From Torpedo marmorata (lineage: Eukaryota), in contig OZ360222.1 of NCBI GenBank assembly GCA_977017645.1, positions 187,488,001-187,552,000 of the forward strand: 64,000 nt of DNA. Reading direction: 5' to 3'. Below the pieces are notes generated by a model. It was not told the origin of the DNA. It searched no databases and saw only the letters and a program-made list of their open reading frames with translations. Of this stretch, positions 36,044 to 48,000 are shown one piece after another (the stretch's first letter is position 1; every line of letters starts with the position of its first letter). The translations under genes and the position numbers were made by a program.

Positions 36044-39000
36044 CTGTGGCAACAGGGAAAGGGTTAATTGCAAGAGAGCTGGCCTTAAAACAGGTATAGA
36101 TAAAGGCATGTTAGCTTAAAATGAAAGCAATAAAGTATACTCAACAGTTCAAAGATCAAGACCACATAAAAATTTCTAATGTGGAATTTGTATGAAAATT
36201 TAGTCAGATACAAGACTGCAATCTTCTTAATATATTTAATACGCAAAGGAGATGGAATCAAAAATACAAATACACGTATTAGAAAATTGAAGTTTCAAAT
36301 CCATGAAGGTCTTTACTTAAAATAATGCAAATACTCCTTTGTGCTACCACAAAACTTTTATCAATGACAAAGAATTTATAAAGCACTGCATTCTGGAAAA
36401 TTATTAAATTTTTCCTCAATGTTTACTTTATGGATCCATTTTTCAGAGACCCTTGATAAAAATGAAAGTTTGGGATAACTTAACATTTTACATAACCATG
36501 GATTAAAAACAATCATGTTTGTGCAGAACATTTTGTGTTATAAACCATTTCACCCAAAAAGTCATGCCTGATTGTAATTAGGCCAGCATTAAGTGCAAAA
36601 AAAATCTTGCAGTATATTCAACAAAGAATACTTTGAGTAAGTATAAACTCTGCAGTTTAAAAAAAAACCATATTAGGTTGCACTGTATGTGATTATTCAG
36701 CAACCTCAAAAAAGCCCAAACCAATACCTCTCATGCAAGGTGTAAACATCATTTTAGCCATAAAATTACATTGATCTGTTAAGAGTTACAGATTACACTA
36801 CTTTTTAAAAAAATACATATTTGCTTTACTAATAGTGCCTTCACTTTTAGAAAGCGATAGTTTGCTGAACAAACATTTTATCCTGTTCTCAAAGCTGATC
36901 AAATGCAAATGTGACATTAGTAAATCAGGGATGGTTGTGTGGGGTGCTGGTGCCATTTTGACAGATCAAAAAGCTAAACTAGTGATGCAAACTGCACCAC
37001 TCCTCTCAAAGCTTTACAAAGTTCTTTGAAACTTAAAGGTACCGTATTTTAAAAATATATTTTTGTGTGGCCTTGACATTTCTGGAGCAATATGAGGACA
37101 CAGTTCATGCAAAATTTATGTACACACTTAAGCATCCCTCTGATTGAGGAAATATTAAACGTTCATGCAAATAGCCAGCAAATCAAACACAGAAAGAGTC
37201 GATAAGAGTTTTGTAAGAGCAAGAAAGCAGATAAAGCAGAGGTTACCACCAAGACAAAGAACACAAATCTTTATTCCCATCAAAACTGCTGATTGTATCA
37301 GCATTTATAAATATCACAAACAATATCCACCACTATCAAAACAAGCCACAAAGACAATCATCTCACTGCAAAGTATGTTCCAACAGTGCAACTGAAAATG
37401 GCCTCCATTATCAACAAGATATGCCTATATGCAGCAGCATTTTCAGCTTATTGCATGTGAAGTAAAATCTACTGTAATGTGGCCTACCCGCAATGGCTGA
37501 CGCTCAAAAGCATCCCCAGAAATATCCGTAGTCTTATATTTGCGTTCCTTCTCCCTTTGATCCAAAGTAGCATAGGTATCTGTGGTGGAAAATATACAGT
37601 TCAAATAAAAAGTCAATCACCTTGTTCACTATAACCATTGATCCGTCATTAAGCACTTTGCATTTTCAGGCAAGACAAGGAAGCCAGGCAAATTCACGTA
37701 CAGTTAATGCTGAGCACTCAATGCACATACCAAAAAAAAACAAGACAAGACAGCCCCTTTTCTTTGGACAGAAGTCTAAGATTGGACAGAAGTCTAAGAA
37801 AGTGGCAGGGGAAGAACGCAGTGGAAGGATGCAGAAGAGTTATATGCGTATTCAGCATATCAAAAATGCTCACCGCAGAACAATTTCCAAACAAGTACAA
37901 CACTCGATGATAAAAATTTTATGTGGCAGTCAATAAAATCATGGGAATTAAACATATTACAAAGTTCTTAGTCCAAAATCAAAATGAAAGATGGCAGACT
38001 ATTTTTCTGATTGGATAAATTAAAAAAGTATATAGTAAAATGTTGAAGGAAAATTTGGCAGTACTGATCAATAGTCAACTATTTGAGATGTTAACTCTGC
38101 CTCTTTCTGCTACCTGCTGTCAAACTTGCAAAGCATTTCCAGCATTTTCCAGAACCCACAATATTTTGTATATGTAGTTTTGCTCATTGCAGTACTGGAT
38201 TCTCACAGCCAGAGGCTGCAGTTGAATTGCTTTAAAATGTTCCTGAAGCTATTTCAAGCTCTGCAATGAAATTTAAAAACAGACCACACCCGTAATAAAA
38301 AGTATGGCATAATTAGGGTGTTTCAACCCATTGCTAAGCACTCTGCCTAAAATCAAAGCAAAATAATTATTAATCCGGAGCCAAACAAAAATATGAAACC
38401 GTTGAGATAAATAAAATGCATACTGCAAGATTGTTTCTTCCTGCTTGAAGCAAGGTAATGAGGAATATGAGCAAAAGGAATTCTTAAGAGCAAGAGGAAT
38501 TCATATTTACCTGGACCAAACTGTTCCATAGGCATCATTTCACCAGACCATTTGTTACCTAAAAATAGAACTGACCATGAGGTTCCAAGTATGCAAAATC
38601 TGAATCCACTTGAAGCCAGTAAACTTCAAACAATGCCAAAACATTGAGGATTTGCAGAGCATTTTTGAAGTTCTTAGACTCCCAACATTTCAAATATCTC
38701 CACTTCCAAGTTCAAATATATTAATCCCTTTTTAGAAACGTGGCCATCACAAATCTAGTCAGGCAATACAGTATATTTCATTAAAAATGAGTATTGGAAA
38801 TACCATTACTGAAAAGAGTATTAAAAAAAAACCAAATGATTTTCTTGACTGTTCCCTGCCAGTTTGCCCCAGAACTGCAGGCAAAATACTGCATCTTGAA
38901 CCACATCCAAATCTAAAAGGCTGCTAAGTTTGTGCTTCATTGTGGATAGTCAATCCTTGATTTTCCTTCAGTGATTCACTCCAACACTGTTTTCATCTCA

Positions 39001-42000
39001 TCACTCTCCCACTAGAATCAGAATTTATCGTTATGAACATGTTACGAAATTCGTTGTTTTGAGGTAGCATCACAGTGCAAACATTTTTATAAACCACCTT
39101 ACAAATAAAAATAGTGCAAAAAAAGTCATAGTGAGGCAGTGTCTGTGGTTCATTGTTCATTCAGGAATGTAATGGCAGAGAGGAAGAAGCTGCCCTTGTG
39201 CCGCTGAGCACCACCAGCCACGCCTCCCCCACCCCAACATGCCCTCAGCCTCTCGATTGGGGCCAACATTAAAATCATGCTTGTACCCTCTGCACTCATC
39301 TCGGACACTGTTTCCTGGTGTCAATTTGCTATTGACAGCACTGCAAAACATTCTGATCTTCTCCCGAAAGAAATTGTCCCGAGTCCAAAAACCTCCCCGC
39401 TTCTTATGGCTATCTGAATGCACTTAAAAGCTGCAAATGTGCCTAAATAAGCACAGATGCTCGCTAGAAAAATATGATACGAATGCAGAGGAACTCTTTA
39501 CAGCTAGAATTGTCTAATCATTACTTTTGGTTACAGTTCACTTCAGGCAATATTTTTATGCTCTTTTCAGACAAAACATCTCTCACAGGACCACAAAATT
39601 ATTAACAGACAAATGGTATTGAACATTCAGAGAACACAAGAATACAAACTGGCCACTCACCTCTTTTACTCATCGAGAGTTCAGGCTTTTATCTAAACAC
39701 CCGCCTTGTCTCATACCCTCAAAAAAAATACTGTTACCATAAAAAATTTGAGGTTAAAAATTGAACTACAATCAATTCCTTAAATTGAAGAGTTCTAAAC
39801 TTCTACCATCCTTCATTGCTGAAGTCTTGTCGAATAACTTTGGGACAGTTTCACAAAACATCGGGGGTCTCTCCACAATGGCCAGATCAAGCTCCCGGAT
39901 GCATGCCATTTCAACTCCCCTTCCCACTTCTACACCACCCTGTCCATCCTTGGCCGTCACCACTGTCAGAGTGATGCCCATTGTAAACTAGAGGAACAAC
40001 ACCTCTGATTCCACTTGTGCCGTCAAAAGCCCAATAGAATGAACACTGAATTTTCCAGTTTCATGTAACGAGTCCCCTCTCTCTTCTTCCTTCCCAGCGA
40101 CTTACGATCTTCCCCGCCATGACTGACCATTTGGACTGCGGACGGTCAGCAGGAAGGATGACGTCTTTTGAGTACACAATGGGACCAGGTACTGAAAGAG
40201 TTAACTTGCCCAGGGCTCGCTGTGCTCAGAGAGAGACACACATAGAGTGACAGGCTGTGGAAAGATACTGTGTTGCACTTTTACAAAAACAGGTGCAAAC
40301 CTCAGCAAAAAGCATTCAGTTTGGAGTTGCAAAAGTCTGAAGCAACAACACCAAAACCAGGCTTGTGCATTCCAGTATAAAGACTGGGGAAAATAGCACA
40401 TGGCCTCTTGTATCAGCAAAATCCTGAGTTTAAAAACAACTTTCGTGGAGAACAGGCGTGAGATCAGCGAGACAGGCTGTGAGATCCAAGTACACGCCTC
40501 AATCAGTGGTATACTGATTTGGAACAGCAGCCCTCGTGCACCTACCAAAAGGGAAAGCCATCGGAAGAAAAGCAGGCCAAGCATTCGTAAGCTTAAACAG
40601 TCATTGTCTTTCTCTCCAACGTTCATTAAGAAGTCCTTCGTGCCAGTGCACAGAGCTGAATTTGGACCCTGAACATAGAGTGATTTTTGTGGACTGTATT
40701 TTTGGGACTGACTTATTTTTATGACTGACCTCGGGTTTTGGGGAAGGTTTTCTATTTTTTTTCTTGAGGGTTGGGCACAGACTGTAATGGTCTGGGCTTT
40801 ACACACACACACACACTCTTTAGATAAGAATAGTGTTTATAGACATTTATAGTGGAGTTGATTGTTGTGAAATTATATGTTTAATTGTCGTTAATAAATA
40901 TAAATTTCAATTTTGCCCCTTTTGCATTGCGTCTTCTGTCGTTGCTGGTTTGAATTTGTAACACCACACATTCTCATCCCTCCCTGTTTCCATCCTATTC
41001 CACCCACATTTCCCCCCAGATTCTTCCCACACCTCCCCCCACCCCCACTTTTCAGGCCCATTTGCTTCCATCTGTTCTTCCCTACCAGCTCCTCCAAAAC
41101 AGTTCTCATTACCCCACTCTGATCACCGTCTCATCAGATTCCAGCACCGGCAGCCTTCGTCTCCACTTATTACTCCAATCCACCCCATCTGATTAATTTT
41201 CCACCAAATCCCTCATTTCCCCCTTGGCTCCCTCTCCCCTTGTCTGGCACTTGCCAGTCAATTGCCTCGGTCCATCATCCTTCACTGCTCCCGAGTTCAC
41301 CAATCCCCACTGTACCCTGTCCAACCCCTCCCACCCTGTCCTCATTATACAGGCTTCCCCCCCCACCACACCTCCCCCCCACCCCGAGTTCCTCCAGCAC
41401 ACTGTTTGTTACTCCAGATTCCAGCATTTTCCGTCTCTCCTTTATCTCTTATTGAATAACTCCTGCAAGCTCTGCCTCCATTTTTTGACGTAAATCACGA
41501 AAATCTGTAGACACCGTGGTTGAAGTAAAAAACACAAATGCTGGAGAAACTCAGCAGGTCAAACAGTGTCTTTTATGTAGCAAAGGTAGAAATACATAAC
41601 CGTCGTTTCGGGCTTGAGCCCTTCATCAAAGTATGAGAAAATGCCGGCAGGTGTCCGAACAAAAGAGTGACGCCAACCACTGCTAGATTTCACAAAATTT
41701 AGCAGAAATAATCTCTTTTCTCTCCATTTCAAAATCATCATATTACCCCAAAATGTAGAAATTGCATTGGAACATTCGCATGTAATTTAGTCTTTGGAGC
41801 CTAGATATCCTTCCAGTATCATTGCACACTTTAAGCTTAGTGCATTCTTTCAAAGTGCAATGTAGTGTAAGGAGTCAGAATAGATCAAATTTTGATGCTT
41901 GCAAATTTAAGATTTTAATTTAATTTTGTTCAATTGACAATTTTAGTCGAAGACAGTTCAAAACTTCCACCAACAATGAAGGGAAACTGAAATTGCAGAG

Positions 42001-45000
42001 AATCAACCATGTTTTGTTCTCATTGAACTGCACATCATTTCTCTGTTGAAATAAAAAACATAAGAGTTTTATGCCCTCTGGTACTTACACAACAAAAAGC
42101 ATCTCAATTCCCCCTTGACAGCTTTTCAAAATGTGTTCCTTTTCAGAGAGTGCATGGCAACTAATGTCATAAATGTACTTGTATAATTGTGAAGTTGGCA
42201 TTTTATTTACAAACGTAGGAATGATGCAAATTTCTTGCAGACCTAACTGCAGCAAAAAGCAAAAGCCAATAGCAGTGAAAGATTCATCTCGACCACTTTT
42301 GACTTGTCTCCAGTTTAAGGTTACAAAGCAACAATGGCTAAACAGGGGAAACTAATTGCCCCCTAAGCCCCTTCGTAGAAGTACCTTGCTAAACTTCAAG
42401 GGAAAAAACACTTTAAAGCAAAAACTAAACAATCGTTTAATTCAAATATAATCAGACTAATACAGGAAACAATCTTGTTATAACACAGACTTCACTTCTT
42501 TCCACAAAATGGGCAACATTGAGAAGGCCGTGTGTGATTGGGTGTTTAATGACCCCAGACTTGCATAGATCTACTACAAACCAAAGCTTTGCTAAGTGAC
42601 AGAAGTACATTTGTCATTACACTTTGTTGCAGTCTCCAGGCAAGAAGTGGAGTGCGAACACAATGCAACTCTCCAACATTATACACTGGAGAATTAGTCT
42701 GTCTGATCCAGATTTCACAAAGGATCCAAAACCCCATTCATTGGAATGGAGGCCCTTGGTACTGAGGTTTCGTAGGAAGTAGTTACTCATTGTTTTTTAA
42801 TTTAATTAGTTTTATTGTATATCTGTATTTTAAAAGGTAATAATCTTCGGTCTTGAAATCACAAGCTTGTTTTCAAAAAGACAGATATTCAGAGATGTTC
42901 AAAAGCTTTAAATCATTCACAAGAGAAAGTTCTGGCAGTGTGTTCTGGGGCAGAGCTGCAGCTGTATACCAACTGAGGGTTACCTTCACTATCCGATTCT
43001 CAGCACATTCCTCTGCGGAACGCTGGAAGTTGCACATCACAAGGCAATGGCACAAGAATAATTAGTGCCTGCGATGACCCAGAATTAATGGAACTCATAC
43101 TAAGATGCACAAGTCCTTCAACAACTGGGTAACAATCGCAGAAAAAGGGCAAGTACACTGCACTGGAAGACAATGCCTCAAAAGAATGGCATCAGACAAC
43201 TTAGTACACATACATAGAAATACTTGTAATAGTTAAATGGACAATGTTGTTTAATAGCTGCAGAGAATGACAATGCTACCTACAGTCAGAATGGAGAGGT
43301 TCAGACAATTCCTGTCAATCACATCTGATGACCACACTTCTGCAAGTATCTGAGACCAATTCCATGCACTTTGGGAAAATTACACTGCTTTTTATGAGAA
43401 AATTGATTTTGATGGCTGAAAAATAGGTTTTTACCATCAATCCTACAACCCCACCTCCACTCCAACTCCTTGAAACACAGTTGCATGAATAGATGCCCTG
43501 CATTTAAGAAATACCATTTTCCCAAAGTTCAAGGCAATGCTAGGCCGATGACAAAAATCAGTCAAGAAAACAGAGAACGAAGAGAATGAGACTCAACTGC
43601 TAACCATCAAAACTCACCGTCTTTCTGGTTCCCTTCAATTAACGGCAGGGTGCTGTCATCATAACTGCTTGACTTGCCACCAGTTTTAGATCCTTTGGGA
43701 AGTGTAGTTACATTTGGCTACATATTGTAAAAACAGGAGAGTTTTAAGAATTTCATTCCTTAGACATTAAGCACTTAAAAAAAACTTTTACTTATGGTTT
43801 CATACATGCCAAGAGCACTCGAATATCTTAACCAAAAGAGCAAGTCTAAACATTGGGTGCTAGCACTTGGATTGAGGGAAGAATATTGCATTCAGATCAA
43901 AGTCTGCCCAAGCCAAACAAGAAATGAACAGTGCGCAATCTACCCCTTCAGAAAAAGAGTATCTGGGGACAGTTGAAGTCATACTACAACATGGCTGATT
44001 TCAGACGAGGAATTCAAGATTTCTGTGATCTTTACAGTTGACGAACACATCGACACCACCAACTGAAATGTTGCAAATCTCTGAATTGTTCAAAGTTATT
44101 GGAGCACATTGCAGCATAATACTGGCTCTAGCACAAAACCAGAACTTTCTGAATTTTATAATTAAAATGATTTTTTGGTTCTCATTCTCTGGTCAAGAGC
44201 TGCAATGTGCACCTTAAATTATCAAAATAAAATAAAAACTGCAGGTGGTGGAAATCCAAATAAAAGCAGAAAATGCTGAAACACACAGGTCAGGCAGTAT
44301 ATATGAAGGAAGAAACAGTTATGTTTCAAGTCAAAGACCCTTTGCTGGATGCTGCCTGTTATCAGCATTTTGTGCTTTGATTGCAAGTGTTTGTCTTTCT
44401 GGAGGAGGATCAGACATGACCTTGGACATTGCATGAAACCAGTCCCAGTAATTTGCCTGTACCCCAAGTTGCTGGCAGTAGATTTTCCATTCAGATTTAA
44501 ATCGTATTCATGCAAATCCATGGCAAATGCTTCTGTTTTGACGAAAGGACAATGATCTTAAATGTTAACTGTTTTTGCATCCCCAAGTGCTGCCAGATTT
44601 GCTGAGCATTTCCAGAATGTCCCTATTTTACATCTACTTAACCTATGCCTCATAGCTAGTTTGGAACTGCAAGATTTTCTTATTCAGAGGAGACAAACCA
44701 AACAAGGCATTTAATATCTGAGGAGGTGGGTTAAGTGTGGGAATTGTAGACCTTGTAACAAATAATGTAGAACAAACAGCTCATTAAACTGAAAAATTGC
44801 AGCACTATCTGGGACTTGAAGGGCCTGATGAATGTGCACGTAATGGACCAATGGTAAAATTCCACAATTTGTACCAATTTGCTGCCATCGCTCTCATTAA
44901 AACAGCTGACCTTGCAACCGTGTTACATTCAGCCAATTAATCCCCAAAGCAGCATTACAAACATGCAGGAATAATCCCACATTTACATCCAAAATGTGAT

Positions 45001-48000
45001 CCATACCTGAAAGTGGGACTTGTTCCAACCATCTTTATGCAAAGGATTTCTCAACTCCTTGTAACTCCATACAGTTTGCAAGACATGGGCTGCAGCCTTC
45101 ATCTCCCTGACTGACTGGCTACAATATTGAAGCCAAATGAATAAACAGGTTAAGCACAAGTAAAAATAAATTCAAATTCAGGTATGACAGCCTTAAAACA
45201 GAAATTGTAGAGCATTTGTTTTAAACATACAAGGGGGAAAATATCTACATGACAATCAATGCTTTCTGAAAGATCCATGTTTTCAAACTGGATACAAAAG
45301 AAAAAATGGGCTTGAAAGGTGCTGGAAAAAAAATGCACAAAAAGGGACAAATACTGAACAGACAAGCAAGCTTCAAAACTGCAGGTGGTGGAAATCCAAA
45401 TAAAAGCAGAAAATGCTGAAACACACAGGTCAGGCAGACCAACTTGGCTTGAAACCATATTGGAGGAGAAAAAATAGCCTTTTATGAAATATCAGCAGAT
45501 TAAAAAAACAATATTTATTGAACATGTATGTAAACATGCAGCCATTTTATCAGGCTTAAGGAACAATGACCATTAGAACAGACAATTTTAAGTGACAGAG
45601 ATAGAAATAGATCCTGGCAAAAGGGAAGTTGGATGCCTCAATTTTGATTATTTTTAAACTACGTAAAATCTTGGTGTACAAGTGATTTAGAACATTAATC
45701 AACTAAACACAAAAATAAAAAAAATATTCACATGCAAATTCCTCTGAACATTTCAAATTTCTCAGCTAATTCAGAAGCACAATCGCCAACCAACACATCT
45801 TGGGTCAGAAGAAGTAAAAACATAAAAGTGCTGGAAAAACTCAGCAGGTCTCGCAGCATCCAAAGGAGGTAACGATATATAACCAACATTTCGGGCCTGA
45901 GCCCTTCTTTACCTTGAGTTTCTCCAGCACTTTTGTTTTTACTTGGGTCGGAAGAAAGCTCATTTTACTCAGAAGTTAAAAATCTATGGTAAAAGAGCAA
46001 AGAGATTTGAGGACAAAAATCACAAATCGGGATAGGTCAAGAGTTATTATTAAAAAATGAACAAAATGAACACAGGGGTAACATTTTTATTGGAATAGAA
46101 ATAAGAGGTGAAAATATATTCAGTGTATTAAAGCTTGGAGTACCATAATCATAAAAAGTATATCGACTGTAAGACCACAAGACATTGGAGCAGAAATAGG
46201 CTATTCAGCCCATCGAGTCTCCCCTCCATTTAATCATGAGCTGATCCATTTTCCCACGCAGCCCCACTGCATGGCTTTCTCCCCATAACCTTTGCCCTGG
46301 CTAATCAGGAACCTATCAATCTCTGCCTTAAATACAGTACACCCAATATTCTGGCCTCCACAACCACCTGCAGCAACAAATTCCACATATTTACAACCCT
46401 CTGGCGAAAGAAATTCTTCCATATCTCTGTTCGAAGAGGACACCTTTGTATCTTGAACTTGTGGCCGCTTGTCCTTGACTCTCCCACCATGGGAAACAAC
46501 CTTTTTACCTCCATGAATGAGATCCACCCTCAATTCTCCTAAATGCGAATGAGTCCAGGCCAAGAGCAGTCAAACGCTCCTTAGATGATTACCTTTCATT
46601 CCCGGAATCATTCTTGTAAACCTCCTCTGAACCCTCTCCAACGTCAGCACATCCTTTCTGAAATGAGGAGCCCAAAACTGCTCACAATACTCCAAGTGAG
46701 GTCTCACCAGTGCCTTATGAAGACTCAACATCACATCCCTGCTCTTATATTCTACAGAAGCCAAGAATGACAATACCCATTAGTACTCGATTGAAATGCT
46801 GGGTCCCTTTTTCTCTTTACACAAATACACAGTTATCAATATTCAATGATACCAAAAAATCAAAATGTAAATGATAAGGAAATCTCCTTTCTGAGAGAAT
46901 GCAGACCTCAGCATGATACTTAGCAGTTGGTCAAATAACATCTTTAAAGGCAGACTGGTCGAGCGCAAAATAGAGAAGAAAGGTTCTCTGTTGGTGAAGT
47001 TGGAGAAATAGCTCATTTGAAGCATTAAGCCTGCTAGGTTCCTCCAGTCCAAAACAAATTGCTTGTTGCTGTCTATTCCAAGTAAATGAGCTTACCTTGA
47101 TTTGTTGATTGCCACAAGCTTTTCAATGCCCTGGGCTTGAATCAGGGATCTGGCATTTGATGAACTGTCAGTCACAATCTCATGGATAGTGTTGAGTATT
47201 GCTACAATAGTGTCTTCTTCGAGGTTCTTGGCCGGTCTTTGTTGGCCACCCGTCAAATTGCTAACCAAATCATGCATGGCATAATTACCTGCAGGAAAAA
47301 AACCTCACAATAAATACATCATCAAATAATATTTTCCTCTCAAAAATTACAAGGGAGCAGGAGGTGAAAGGGTCATAAAGTCAGACCTTCGGCCAACCTT
47401 GTCCATTGTGCCTCCATCTCCACTCATCTGACATTAATCCCATTTTATTCTCCCCACCTACCGATCAACTCTCAACAGGGTCTATCACTTACCAACATGC
47501 CAGGGGCATATCCACGAGGAGAAAACTCATGCAGGCACAGGGAGAACATCCAAACATCACCCAAGGACAGAACTGAGGCGGGTTTCTGATGCTGTGAGGA
47601 GATACATCTACCAACCGAGCTGAGCCACTGTGCTAGCCATGAATATCATTTTCATATTTTTGAGCTACCACAGTTTATTGCTGCCATCAATCAAAAATAA
47701 GATTTTGTGACAGGTGATAAATGCATCCCTCTGTATTAATCAGAATGGTACAGCACAGGAACAGGCCCTTTGGCCCACGATGTCTGCACCAAACATGATA
47801 TCAATCTAAAGCATTCCATCTTCCGACACAAGGTTCACAGCCCTGTATTCCCTGCCTGCTCATGTGCATGTCAAAATGCATTTTGAATGTTACGATTTTA
47901 TCTGCTTCTATGACTTCCCTGCAGCACATTTCAAATACTATGACAGTGCCAGCAACCTGGGTTTGAATCTGGCGCTGTAAGGAGCTTGTATGTTCTCCCT

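Noticed and set aside
40201-40812. 203-aa ORF, and the 140-158 aa ORFs at 50185-50666
   Set aside because: All are inside the solo LTRs, and the frames are not conserved between the two copies.
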